Positions 32,565 through 46,459 of a DNA stretch of 64,000 bases are shown here, piece after piece. Source of the stretch: the human T2T-CHM13v2.0 reference genome, Homo sapiens; assembly GCF_009914755.1 (NCBI RefSeq), contig NC_060931.1. One strand, given 5' to 3'. Within the stretch, counting starts at the first letter, position 1. Each line of letters begins with the position of its first letter. Position numbers and translations under genes: made by a program. Under the pieces are notes generated by a model. The model searched no databases. It was not told the origin of the DNA and was given only the letters and a program-made list of their open reading frames with translations.

Positions 32565-33400
32565 CAGACTAAGGACATGAAAAGATGCTCAACATTATTA
32601 GTCATTGGGGATATGCAAAATGAAACCACAATAAGACATGACCAAGTATTTATTAGAAAGTCTAAAATGAGTAAGACTGAAACATATCAGGTATTGGCAA
32701 GGATGTGGGGCACCTGGAACCTTCATACACTGCTGATGGGGAAGAAAATGTTTCAACCATCTTGGAAAACAGTTTGACAATTTCTCGGAAATACACACAC
32801 ACACACACACATGCACACACATGCATGCTGTATAACCCAGTCATTTTATCTTCAGATGCCATAAACATTTGTGTGTAAGTCTTTACCCAAGAGAAAAAGA
32901 AATATGAGTATACAAAGACACGATGTTCATAGCACTTTTATTTATAATAATAAAAAATTGAAACAACATACATCAACAGATGAATGGATAAACAAATTGT
33001 GGTATATCCATACAATGGAATACTAATTAACAATAAAAAGGAATAAAGTATTGATTGCACAGCAGCATGATGAATCTCAAAATAATTATGGTGAGTGAAA
33101 CAAGCCAGACAAAAGAGAATATGTAGTGTATTATTCCATTTGTTAAATTGTCTACAAAATTCAAACTAATCCACAGCAACAGAAAACAGATCAGACGCCT
33201 AGAGATGGGGGTCAGGGCAGGGCAGGGCTGAGAGGGGGATTACCAATAAGCACAAGGAAACTCCTGGGGGTGATGCGTGTGTTCATTATCTTGATTGTGA
33301 TGATGGTTTCACAGCTACATTCATAGGTCAAAACCTACGAAACTGCACACTTTTAATAGGTGCAGTTTATTATACTTTAATAAAACTATCACAAAAAAGA
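32565..33400 (+). mobile_element. L1M (MC/ME-like) ORF2 end and 3'UTR
   Basis: ORF 32577 MKRCSTLLVIGDMQNETTIR matches the L1 ORF2 C-terminus; GATGAATGGATAAACAAATTGTGGTATATCCATACAATGGAATAC. Confidence 0.85.
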
Positions 33401-34982
33401 AATAACTTGTATGTTCAAGAACTGGAACATGATTTTATTATGTTATACAACAGCACACTTTTTGAACTTTGTATATCTTTTAAAAATCATGTTTTGGAGC
33501 CTATGTTGTATCATTGGAAAATGCTCATAATATTTAGAGACAGGCTTGGTTCTGATTTATAATAGCTCATTAATATTTGTTGAAAGTTAAATCAATGATG
33601 TAGTGTTAAATGAAAACAAGATATAAAAAATACATATATAATATAATATGATCCCAAATGTGGTAACTCTCTCTTCTCTCCCACTGCTGAAAGGAAATAC
33701 CCCAAAATGTTAACGTTGGTTGTGTCTGTTAGGTGGAATAACATATGATTTTTATTTTCCTTCTCATGGTTTTGGGGCTTTTCTAAAATTGAGCTTCTGT
33801 TACTTTCACAAGCAGACAAAAACCCAATAAATGCCCTTCTAAAAGATTCTTGCCCACACGAAGGAATTCATTTGGTGCAAATATTTTTAGAAAACATTAG
33901 TCTAATTGAGGTACATAGCATCTTTTTGATAGCAACATGTTAGCAAATACTTTTCAGGGATTTTACGTGGAATGGTGAATGTGCTGAAAAGAAAGACTTA
34001 CACCAGCTTCAGCCTGCCAGCTTGTGATATGCTGCCTAGAAATGCCTACTTATAAATATGTTTTATATAGCCTCAGGAGTTCCCTTACCTTTATTGCTCC
34101 ACCTCTAGCAGTCCTTTAATAAAACAAGGTCAAAGACAAGGACAATAAATTCCCAGGGCCTTTCCTAGCACAGTTCTGCAGGAAATGATCATCAAAGATG
34201 TCCTGATCAGAAAAAGAGAGTTGCTGAATGTAAGTTTTTCTGTGAAATGCAGATGATTTCTTGCTCCTTTGTCTAATCAGTGGTGACCTTTTTTCTTTTT
34301 GCAAAAAAAGAAAGCAAGTGCAGGGTGAGACATGTGGGGTTAGAGCAAAGGAGAAAACCCTCCCCTGAGAAGGTGAGAGTCAAAGGTGATGAAGAGTCAG
34401 GAGGGTTCTCCCGCATAAATACATGCTGAAAGATGTACCTTCCTTACTGTCCCCAAGAGTATGAGGGGCATTTGTCCTGTGAGGCTTTCATTTTGATATT
34501 CTGCTTGTGTGAAAAAGACAATGACTGGGTGCTGTTTGAGTAAGGTGGGATTTGGCAGGAGGGTGGGGGCTGGGCCATGAAGCAGAGAGATTGGTGAGAC
34601 TGAGGTAGTCCTATGTCCTGCTTGGTCAGGACGCTGGGATTGTATCTTACAGCCTGATCCGTTCTTATCCAGTGACATGAACATTAAAAATAAATAGGAA
34701 TGGAAACTTCCATGTTTGAAAATCATCCAGCGGCTTATAACATTTTAGCTTTTCATTTCTTTTTTTATTATTTAAAAAGTTATAAGCAAATCCTTGAAAA
34801 TGTGTTTGTTCGTGTCCCTAGGACCCATTGTAATCCCTCTGCTATGTAAACAATCTTATCCTTGAATGTATCAGTTTGCAAATCAGATCTTCAGGTACTT
34901 TTCTTAAATATTCTGCATTCCTCTCACCTAGATTTCCCTAGAGGGTTTTTTTTTTTGTTGTTGTTGTTGTTGTTGTTGTTTT

Positions 34983-35279
34983 GAGATGAGGTCTGGCCAT
35001 GTTGCCCAGGCTGAAGTGCAGTGGCTATTCACAGGCACGGTCCCACTACTGATTAGCATGGGAGTTTTGACCTGTTCCGTTTCAGACCTGGGCCTGTTCA
35101 CCCTTCCTTAGGCAACCTGGTGGTCCCCACTCCCGGGAGGTCACCATATTGATGCTGAACTTAATGCAGACATCTGATGGTCATAGCTCACTACAGCTCA
35201 GAACTCCTGGGCTCAAGCGATCCTCATGCCTAAGCCCACCGAGTAGCTGGGACTACAGGCATGTGCCACCATGCCCCAC
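34983..35279 (-). pseudogene. RN7SL: Processed 7SL (SRP) RNA pseudogene, full length (RN7SL-P type; copy number not identified)
   Basis: Minus strand contains the S domain absent from Alu (GCATCAATATGGTGACCTCCCGGGAG..ACCACCAGGTTGCCTAAGGA..GGTCAAAACTCCC..CAGTAGTGGGA..CCTGTGAATAGCCACTGCAC); tail 34946-34982; TSD core CTAGATTTCCCT at 34928-34939 and 35279-35290. Confidence 0.95.
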
Positions 35280-36037
35280 TAGATTTCCCTTGAGTTTTGA
35301 GAGGGACGTCTGGTCACTCCATCATAGTTCTTCAGCCTTCTGGATTTTACCCTCAGCCTCCTTGCACCTCCTCAACTGGTCAGGCCATAGAGACTACCAT
35401 CGTTGGGTGGAAACCATGAAAATCCAGTTCCTCTTGCTTGCCTAGGGCCAGGGATGGTGAGTGGAACAGGGAGTCAGGAGAATTCTCCATCTGGGAACAA
35501 AGTTTTAGGCATTACAGGTGAGAATTACATATGCTTCCCTCAACCCTACTTAGAAACATTGTTATACATGGAGACTAAGTGCTAGAATGCTATGATGGTG
35601 GAATTTAACGCATTTGTGGTTAAACAAGTTTTAGTAGGATCACTTGGGCATTCAAGGTCTTTGAAAGTTATCATATATGTATGTATATATGTTACATATG
35701 TATGTTACATATCTACTATATATCTATACAATTTTTTGTTAAACTAATCATTTAACCCAAACCTTTGAGCAGAACAACACATTCCCTGACCATGTTTGAC
35801 AATAGGATTGGCCACATTTAATTGTGGAAGAATGAAAGGATATGGAAGAATTATATGTTCATGATCTATTTTCTTTTACATAGAAATACTTTTCTATTTT
35901 CTTTCAACATAGTAGAAAATCTGGTCACTGGTCTGAGTCCTCTCATTTCACAAATTGTCCCTAACATTTAGCTGAACTATAGCTAATTCATATTTCACTC
36001 TGATTATTGCAGAATCATTTACTTTTGTATAGGCAGT

Positions 36038-36458
36038 TGTATTTGGCCATTCTTGCACTGCTATAAAGAAATACCTGAGACTGGGTAATTTATAATAAAA
36101 GAGGTTTAATTGGCTCATGGTTCTGCAGGCTGTGCAGGAAGCATAGCATCTGCTTCTGGGGAGGCCTCAGGAAGCTTCCAATCATGGCAGAAGGCAAAGG
36201 AGTAGCAGGCACATCAAATAGCAAAAGCAGGAGCAAGGAGAGACTAGGGGTGTGGGTGGAGGTTGGGGGTGGCGGAGGGAGGAACCACACCCTTTTAAAT
36301 GACCAGATCTCACAAGAACTCACTATTGCAAAGACAGAATCAAGCTCTGAGGGATCCACCCCCGTGATCAAAACACCTCCCACCAGGCTGCACCTCCAGC
36401 ACTGGGGCTTATAATTCAACATACGATTTTACTGGGGACAAACATACAAACTATATTA
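36038..36458 (-). mobile_element. MSTA/MSTB solo LTR (ERVL-MaLR)
   Basis: GCTATAAAGAAATACCTGAGACTGGGTAATTTATA...GGGGACAAACATACAAACTATATTA; perfect 5-bp TSD GCAGT. Confidence 0.92.
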
Positions 36459-36543
36459 GCAGTAGTTATTTCATAAATAATTTAAGTCTTTTCGGTATTT
36501 AAAAAAAGTTTTTGTGCCACAAGTGGATTCCATGTATTTGTGA

Positions 36544-36987
<444 letters not shown>

Positions 36988-39023
36988 AGAAGGGAAGAAA
37001 TTTTCTAAAGAAATATACTTCTGAGTGCAGTCTTCAACAAAAGCATTTAGGGACTCTGAAATAAGATCTAGGCAATCCAGGTCTTGGGAATGATATCTGG
37101 GATACATTAAAAATGTCACTTTCAATATTTAAGCCCTAAAATATGTTTATTATTCTTGGAATATATAATATTCCAACAACAGTTTATTAAGGTACTCTAG
37201 TCAATAGGTTATTGTTCTTTTTTAAACATAGTTGTATCCTAGGTAAGAATTTTTGAGTATGGAGGATTATAGACATGTGACATTTATACACACAGAAAAA
37301 AAGTCATTTTGAAACAGAAAACTGCTTCATTCCATAAGCATGCCATTAATACATGATTCAAGATGTCACAGTTTGGATGAGATAATCAAATTCCTCAGAT
37401 AAATCTGTTGAAAGCAGCTGCTTCATTCAGGAGTGATTTAGAGATACATAAATTGAGGACAGTAGATTGAAAAGGAAAAAAGATAAGTGTAAGTTTATTA
37501 CTGAAAGTGAAAAATGATTAAAAATTGCCACTATGACTGTTAGGCCAATTAAAACATTTTATGCTCATTCATCTTTCAAGAAGCCACCTACAAATGAAAG
37601 TATGGCACTAGCTCTACTGTTAACAAATAGAGCTTGTTTGATGTTAAAAGATGTAAATGCCATCATTTTGAGACTATGCATTTGCAATCTTTGGTGATCA
37701 TCATAGAAAGAATGAACTAGCATTCTCTGAAAAATCCCAGTCCAAGAAAGTTTGTTCTTGATAATAATAAAATTTCGTGTTTATAAGATGCCTTTCATTC
37801 AACTCTTAAGACTTCACATATAAATGTGTTTAAATATGCAGTCATATATCACTGTCTTCATATATCATAGCCCAAATATTTCAGTTCTTTAGACATAAAG
37901 CAATTCTTTATTTCATATGAGAAAATACAATCTCTACTCCTGCCACACAAATTCTCTATGAATAACACCTTCTTGTTAATGCTTCTATATTGCTTGTGCT
38001 GAAGGATTGTCAATGCAATCTTTTCTTAAAGCAATGTTTTAAAAAATTCTTTAAAAACAAAACACCTGTGTTTCCTGGCAGAACAACAATGTATCAGCCA
38101 AAATACTTTTATTTAATGACTAACTGTGGTTAGCTAGCGCCCCATAATTCATTTCATAATTGGAAAAAAATGTAACATTTGCTGACATCATCTGAGTGCT
38201 GATCTGGACCCATTGAACAGGGAGTTTTCCAACAAAAACGATTAATTTTCCACTTCACAACTCAGGAAGAATTTAGGATTAGGGCATTCATGGAGTCTAG
38301 AAATGGTTTTCATATTCAGAATTTTAGCTCAAAATTTGGACAGGAAGAAAGACTGAACATAGTTTAATTTCCAAGACAAAAGTTCATCTGTAAAATCCTA
38401 CTTCTTTTTATGCATATTAATACCAGTCTGAGATCAAACATACTAAGCTCTGAAGATAAAAGTATTAGGAATAAAAAATTAAATGAAAAATCTAATGAGT
38501 GAGGAAAGATAGTTACCATTAAGTTTTATTCTGAAAGAGTTTCTTAAATATGTACTCACCTGATTTTTGCCTACCCAGATCTCAAGTTTATCTGAGTTTT
38601 CCATGCAAAATGTACATGGAATACATAAATCATTATTTAAAAGTAATGTACTATTAATCATAGTGGCATTATTTGATATTAATGTGGTAATGAGTCCAAA
38701 ATTGTATATACTCCATTGCAAACATGGCCAAAGAGTATCTAGCTTATCTTTCTTAAGAAACTTTATATCACAGAAGAGACAGAGAGGAAATTTATTTTTG
38801 GAGTTGTCATTTTCGATGTTTTTGTCTCTTCTCACTTATTTTCTTTTTACTGAGCTATAATCTATATCTCTTCTCATTTAAGCATTGTCTTGTGTAAATT
38901 TTTAATTCTCTATTTCTTTTCTTGACTGGACTTCGCTCCAGAGTCATGATCCAGGTTAAACCTAACTGTCTGCTTATCCTATTCCCATGTCTGAGCAGTT
39001 AAAATGGCTGGAAAAAATACCTA

Positions 39024-39080
39024 CACACACACAAACACAAACACACACACAGACACACACACACACACACACACACACAC
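39024..39080. repeat. Imperfect (CA)n microsatellite
   Basis: Directly visible. Confidence 0.95.
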
Positions 39081-39590
39081 CCATCCCCCCAGTGTTGCTT
39101 GGTCTCTCTTTAAGTTCTACAGACATAAATCTCAGGTGGACACTCAACATCTCCAGAATCTTACTAAACTTTCATAATATTTTCATCAGCTTACACGTCC
39201 TGATGACCATGTCATGCCTTCTGTGTGAACCTCCTACATTACCCAACCTCTCTGCCATGCTCATGCTCACTATAAGCTTGTGTTACATGCATCAGGAAAG
39301 CAGGAGCATTTAGACAGGAACTCCTTCATATTTCTCTGTGAAAGCCACCACCCTGCCCACGTAATTATTCCTCTTTTTTGACTTCCTTCTCATTTCTGTG
39401 GTTGATGTGCTTGGCCAAGGTCAAAAGACAACCTGGTCAAAGGCCTCTATAGATTATAAATCCTTTCCAGGGACTTTGTTTCTATAGTTATCCCCTCTGT
39501 CTCATGTCCACATGTCTTTTGAATTTCTATCCCATTTTTCTCTTTCCCTTCATAATAACTGTCTTCAAAGAGTTATCTAGAGTTGCTTGC

Positions 39591-39905
39591 TGTTATGGAC
39601 TGAATTATATTCCTCCAAAATTTATAGGTTGAAGCTCTAACCTCCAATGTGGCTGTATTTGGAGATAGGACATTTATGGAGACAATTAAGGTAAAATGAT
39701 GGATTTTACCTTATAAGGATGGGGCCCTAAACTGACAGGACCAGTGTCCTTCTGAGAAGCAGAAGAAACACCCGATGATCTCTCTATCCACACACACACA
39801 CACACAGAACAGGTTGTGCGAGGATGCAATGAGAAGGCAGCCATCTGCAATTTAGGAAGAGAGGCCTCACCAGAAACCAACTTACAGCCTCCAGAACTGT
39901 GATAA
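39591..39905 (+). mobile_element. MLT1A/B LTR, 3'-truncated
   Basis: TGTTATGGACTGAATT...CCAATGTGGCTGTATTTGGAGATAGG...GAGAAGGCAGCCATCTGCAA...CAGCCTCCAGAACTGTGA. Confidence 0.85.
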
Positions 39906-41330
39906 CTTCATTGACTTTGCCCTGGTCAAAATTAACAATGTCCCTATTCTTAGCACTAACGGCCATTCCATTATTTCTCTCTTACTTGCTCTCTCAGCAG
40001 CATTTAACAAAGTTGATCACCACTTCCTGCTGATAGTTACTTTTCTTGGAAACCATGGTACCACAGTCTTTTGGTTTCCTTCTATTTCATTGGCTGCTGC
40101 TGCTTATTCTTCATCGTGGGCACTTCTCCTCCTCTGCCTGAATGCTAAAGGTAGGAGCAACCCAGGTCCTGGTCTCCTTTCTTTTCTCTGTCTACACAGT
40201 TTTTCCAGTGAGCTTCATTCAGTCCCGTGACTTTAAATAGTATTTGTATCCTTAAAGTTTCCAAATCATATGTTTGCTCTGATCTCTCTTCTGAGCTCTA
40301 AATTTTATATTTAGATCTCCTTGACAGCTCCACATGAATATTAAGTAGCTATCTCAATTGTATTGTGCTCAAAATAGAACTTTTATTTGTCACCCTTGAC
40401 TCCAATCCTGCTTGGTCTTTTCCTCAGTATATGGGAACACCATCCACCCATTGCTGAAGCCAAAATTCTAGGAGTCAACCTTGATTCCTCTGCTTTCTTC
40501 ATTTACTCTCACCTCTAAACCCTTGGTAAGTCTTGCTGACTCTTCCTCTAGAAGTGTTTTGAAACTTACCTTTTCCAGTTCCTATCATTGCCCTTTTAGT
40601 TCAAGCTGCCATAGTCTCTACCCCGGACTATTTTCACAACCTTCTAACTATACCAGGGTTCCCTCCTATTCCCCACCCCACTCCCTAGTCCAAATGGAAT
40701 TCCAATGGAATGGATATGTGGTAGCCAGGGTGCTTTTTAAAAAATATCAAATCATGACCCTCTAATTCCTTTAATAACTTCTCTAATGACTTCTCATCAG
40801 AATCAGAATAAAATCCAGAGTCATGACCTTAAAAACTCTAGGGCTTGAAGCCTTTAAAATATATTCTATGAGAAAAGTCCTGCAAAATTATTTCACTATT
40901 AAATATGATATGGATTTTTCATAGACCCTTTTATTAGGTTGAGGAAATTTTCTACTATTCCTAGTTTGTAGAATTTTATAGTGAAAGTGTGCTGAATTTT
41001 GACAAATACTTTTTCTGTATCAGTTGTAATGATCATGTGGTTTTGTCCTTTATTCCACTATTATGGTGTATTATTTTCATTGATTTTCATATGTTGAACC
41101 ATCCTTGCATTCCTTGGATAAATTGCACTTAGTGATGATATGATTCTTTTTATATGTTGTTAGATTTGGTTTGCTGGTATTTCGCTGAGGATTTTTGTTC
41201 TCTTGTAATGTCTTTGTCTGGTTTTGGTAGCAGAATAATACTGGCCTCATAGAATGACCTGAGAAGTCTTCCCTCTGTTTTATTTTTGGAAGATTTCATG
41301 CAATTTTGGTGTTAATTCTTCAAGTTTGGG

Positions 41331-41626
41331 GGCCGGGCGCGGTGGCTCACGCCTGTAATCCCAGCACTTTGGGAGGCCGAGGCGGGTGGATCATGAGGTC
41401 AGGAGATTGAGACCATCCTGGCTAACACGGTGAAACCCTGTCTCTACAAAAAATACAAAAAATTAGCCAGGCTTGGTGGTGGGCACCTGTAGTCCCAGCT
41501 ACTCACCAGGCTGAGGCGGGAAAATGGCGTGAACCTGGGAGGTGGAGCTTGCAGCGAGCCGAGATCGTGCCACTGCACTCTAGCCTGGACCATAGAGCAA
41601 GACTCCATCTCAAAAGAAAAAAAAAA
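41331..41626 (+). mobile_element. AluY
   Basis: GACCATCCTGGCTAACACGGTGAAACC, AATGGCGTGAACC, GGAGCTTGCAG; perfect 16-bp TSD AATTCTTCAAGTTTGG at 41314-41329 and 41627-41642. Confidence 0.95.
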
Positions 41627-42244
41627 AATTCTTCAAGTTTGGTAAAATTCACCAGTGAAAGCAATTGGACTGGACTTTTCTTTATAAGACATTTTTTGCT
41701 TACTAGTTCAATCTCTTACTTGTTATAGACCTATTCAAATTTTCTATTTCTTCTTGAGTCAGTTTTGGTAGTTTGTGTCCTTCCAGGCATTTGTTCATCT
41801 TAACCAGGTTATCTAATTTGTTGACATACAATAATTCCTAGTATTCCCTTATATGCTTTTTTATTTCTGTAAGATCAGTAGTAATGCCATTCTTTTCATT
41901 CTTCATTTTAGTAATTTGAGCCTTCTGTCTTTTTTCTTGGCTAGAGGTTTGCCAGTTCTAATGTTGTCTTCAAAGAATCAACTTTCTTTGGTTTTATCTA
42001 TTTTTTATTCACTGTTTCATTTATTTTTGCTGTAATAATTATTTCCTTCTTTCTGCTTTCTTTAGGCTTGGTTTTCTCTTTTTCTAGTTTCTTAGAGTGG
42101 AAAGTTAGGTTATTGGTTTGAGATTTTTCTGCTTTTTAAAGATAGGCATTTACTGCTATATATTTCTCCCTAAGCATTGCTTTAGCTGCATTTCATAAGT
42201 TTTGGTATGTTGTGTTTTCATTTTAATTCATCTAAAAGTATTTT

Positions 42245-42408
42245 GTTTTTATTTTTTTGAGATAGGGTCTTGCTCTGTCACCCAGATTGGACCTCAGTGG
42301 TATGATCACAGCTCACTGAAGCCTCAACCTTTTCCCAGGCTCAAGTGATCCTCCTACCTCAGCCTTTCGAATAGCTGGGACTCTAGGCATGTACCACCAT
42401 GCCCAGCT

Positions 42409-42443
<35 letters not shown>

Positions 42444-42561
42444 TAGAGATGGGATCTCCTTATGTGACCCAGGCTGGTCTCAACCTCTTGGGCTCAAGTG
42501 ATTCTCCTGTCTCACCCTCCCAAAGTGCTGGGATTACAGGTATGAGTCATCAGGCCTGGCC
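42245..42561 (-). mobile_element. AluJ with a ~32-nt T-run linker
   Basis: GATCACAGCTCACTGAAGCCTCAACC..GGCTCAAGTGATCCTCC; TSD CT(A/C)AAAGTATTTT at 42232-42244 and 42562-42574. Confidence 0.9.
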
Positions 42562-43759
42562 CTCAAAGTATTTTCCAATTGTCTTTTTGGTGTCTTCTTT
42601 GACGCATTCATTATTTAAGAGTATGTTGTTTAATTTCCACTTATTTGTGAAATTCTCAAATATCCTTCTTTTACTGATTTCTAATTTCAATCCATTGTGG
42701 TCAGAGATCATATTTTGTATTATTTCAATCCTTTTTAATGGCCTAGCACGTGACCTATCCTGGAGAATGTTCCATGTACACTTGAGAAGAATGTGTATTC
42801 TGTTGTGTGAAATGTTCTGTTAGGTCTAGTTAGTTTATGGTATTATTTAAGTGTTCTATTTTCTTGTTCATCTATTTAGTTCTATATATCATTGAAGTGG
42901 GACAGTGAACTCTCCAATTACTGAATTGTCCATTTCTCTCTGCAGTTCTGTCTGGTTTTGTTTCATGTTTTTTTAAAGCCTGTTATTAGGTGCAATTCAT
43001 GTACATATAGGTTTATCATTGCCCTCTTGATGGATTGACCAATTTATCATTATAAAATGTCCTTCTTTATTTCTAATAATAAATTTTGGGTTAAATTGTA
43101 GTTTGTCTGATATTAGTATAGTCACTGCAGCTCTTTTTTTGGTTAAACTGTATGATATATTTTCCCCCATCCTTTTGCTTTCAACTTATTTGTGATTTTG
43201 GATCCAAAGCTCTTGTAGACAATATATAGCTGGATCATGTCTTTTAAAAATCCTGCCTGTCAATCTCTGCTTTTTGATTGGAGTGCTTAATCTATTAAAT
43301 TTAATATATTTCTAATGTCAGTATTTGTGTCTGCTGTTTACTCTTGCTTTCTATATACCATTTTTTTGTTTTCATATTTCTCTATTAACACCTTATTTTG
43401 CATTAAATAGATATTTTCTAGTGTATCATTTTAATTCTCTTGTCCTTTATTTCACTGTCTTTTGGAGTTATTCCTTAGTGGTTGCCCTGGGGATTACAAA
43501 TAACATCTTAAATAATTAATCTAGTACATATTAATATCAACTTAATCTCAGTAGTATACAAAAACTTGGCTTCTATATAGCTCTGTTCTCTCCTTTTTCT
43601 TTGGTGCTATTATTGTCATACAAATGACCTCTTTATATATTATATGTCCATTTATGCAGATTTATAATTATCATTTTATACAGTTTTCTTTTAAATCAGA
43701 TAGAAAACAGAGTTAAAAATGAAAAAAATACATTTAAACTGTCTTTTATATTTATCCAC

Positions 43760-44152
43760 TGTATTATTTGCTAGGCTGCCATAACAAAATACTCCAGACT
43801 AGGTGGTTTAAACAACAGGCATTATTTTCTCATATTTCTGGAGGCTAAAATCCAAGATCAGAGTGTCAGCAGGTTTGGTTTCTCCTGAGGCCCCTTTGGC
43901 TTGCAGATGGCTACCTTCTTTCCATGTCCTCATATGGCCTTTTCTTCATGTGTGTACATCCCTGGTGTCTCTCTCTCTCTTCTTATAAGGGCACCAGCTA
44001 TGAGGGCGACCCCTCATCCATAATGATTGGATCATTTAATCTTAATGACTTCTTTAAAGGCCCTATCTTCAAATATAGTTACATTCTGAGGTGTACTGGG
44101 TGTTAGGACTTCAACACATAAATTTTGGGGTGCTACAATTTAGTCCATAACA
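43760..44152 (-). mobile_element. MLT1A/B LTR
   Basis: GGCTGCCATAACAAAATACTCCAGACTAGGTGGTTTAAACAACAG...AATTTAGTCCATAACA. Confidence 0.85.
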
Positions 44153-46446
44153 CTATTGATATAATTACCTTTATCAATGCTCTTTATTTCTTCAAATGGA
44201 TTTGAGTTACTGTCTAATGTCCTTTAATTTTAACCTGAAGGACTCACAGTACTTCTTGTAATCCCATATTTCACAGTATTTCTTGAAAGACATGTTTGCT
44301 AGTGATGAGTTCTCTCTTTTAGTTTATGTGAGAATATCTTAATTTGTTCTTTACTTATAAAGGATAGATTTGCTAGATATAGAATTATTTTTTGATGTCC
44401 TTTTTCTTTTAATAATTTGTATACTTCATCCAACTGCATTCTGGCCTCCATGGTTTCTGATGAGAAATTGGTGGCAGATATTATTGAGGACCCCTTGTAT
44501 GTGATGAGTCACTTCTTATTTGCTGATTTCAACAGTTGGTTGTGTCTAGGTGTGGCTATCTTTGAGTTTATCCTACTTGGAGTTTGCCAGGTTTCTTAGA
44601 CATGTTGATTAATGTTTTTCATCAAAGTTGGGAAGTCAAAAAGCTTGGGCTATTATTTCTTCAAATATTTTTTCTCTCTCTCTCTCCTCCTTCTTGTAAT
44701 CCCGTTATTCATATGCTGGTATTTACTGATATTCTCTATTCTGTGCAATGTAATTCGCATACTTTCCTTTAATTCTTTAGGTGTGGTTTCCTCTCATTCT
44801 TTGAATGTATTCAAAATACCTGATTTTAAATCTTTAATTAGTCCAACAGCTGTCTCAACATCATGTCCCAACATTCTTTAGGGACAGTTTTTGTTGGCTG
44901 CTTCTTTACCTGTGTATAAACTATAGCTGCCTTTTCCTTTGTATGTCTCCTGGTTTATTTGTTTTTTTTTTTTTTTTTTTTTTGGGAAACCAAGCACTTT
45001 ACATAATGCAATTAGACAACTCTGGAAATCAGATTTCCCCTGCCCTAGAGTTTGTTGTTATCATCACAATTTGTTGTCTAGTGACTTTCCTGAAAAAAAT
45101 CTTTAACGTGTAGATACTTTGTTATGTGATCACTGAAGTCTCTGCTTAGTTCACTTAGTGATCAAATAATAATTGGATAGACATTTTCTTAAATGATTGG
45201 AATCAATTCATTTCCAATCCTTTTTCAAGGGTCTCTGTGCATGTATGTTGGCAGGAAGTCTACAACTCTGCTGTAGCCTCACTTTCTGCTTGTGTAAAAC
45301 CTCAAGGCTAGCTAGATGTAAGAGCTTCAGGCCTTCTCAGTTCTTTCCTGGGCATGCACAAAACCCTATGCAGGTGTGTGGCCTTCTGGATTACCAGAAA
45401 TATGTCAGAGCTTTTCTAAACACCCAATGGCCATCTCCTTCTCCAGTTCTATCTCTTTTTTCTTTCTTATTTTTTCTTTCATTTTTTATTGTAATTAATT
45501 GACTACAGTGCTTATGTGCAGTTCCTTTTACCTTCAGTTGTGTAGACTCTGAAGCTACTTAGGCGAGCACCTTTTTTGCATGCTCATTTCAGTGAGGTTA
45601 TGTCATGCATTTGTAATACAGTTAGATTCTCTATTCACAGTTTGTATTTTTTCCTGGAATTCCCCCAATCTCCTAAATGATTTTTTAAAATAATTTGTAT
45701 ATATTAAGGCTCATTCTTTGTACTGTAAAGTCACTTGGGATTTGACAAATGCATAATGTCATGTATCCACCATTACAGTATTATACAGAATAGTTTTCCC
45801 ATCCTAAAATTTCTCTGTGTTTAATCTATTCATCCCTTACCACCCCACCCCCAAATCCCTGGAAACCATGACTTTTAAAACTGTCTTTATGTTTAAGTCT
45901 TTTCCAGAATGTTATATAATTGGAATCATACAAACGTAGACATTTCAGACTGGTTTCTTTCACTTAGGAATATGCACGTCTTCTCATGGGTGATAGCTTA
46001 TTTCTTTTTTATTGCTGAATAACATTCTATTGTATGGTTATCCATTCACTTATCTATTCATCTTGGTTGTTTCCAGTGTTTTGTGATTATAAATAAAGCT
46101 GATGTAAACGTTCACGTGCAGGTTCTAGTGTGGACATAATTCTTCATATCATTGGGTAAATACCTAGGAGTGCTATTATTGGATCATATGGTAAGATGTA
46201 AGAAACTTCCAAACTGTCTTCCAAAGTAGCTACATCTTTTTGCATTCCCAGCAGCAATGAATGAGCATTCCTGTTGCTCTGCAACCTCATTAACATTTGG
46301 TATTGTCAGTTTATTGAATTTTAGCTATTCTAATATAATAAGTAGTGGCATTTTATTGTTTTAATACAGAATTTCCCAATAAAATGATGTTAAGTATCTT
46401 TTCAAGTGTTTATTTGCCATATATTTATCTTCCTTCTCAGCTGCTG

Positions 46447-46459
46447 CTTTTTTTTCTTT

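Larger units (their letters stand above)
38850..40830 (+). mobile_element. L2 ORF2/3' relic, interrupted by (CA)n and MLT1
   Basis: About 39978-40020 translates LLALSAAFNKVDH (L2 RT LLDLSAAFDTVDH); pyrimidine-rich L2 3' region follows. Confidence 0.75.

Noticed and set aside
34096-34114. CTCF-like GGACTGCTAGAGGTGGAGC on the minus strand
   Set aside because: Several mismatches in the CCASYAGRKGGC core
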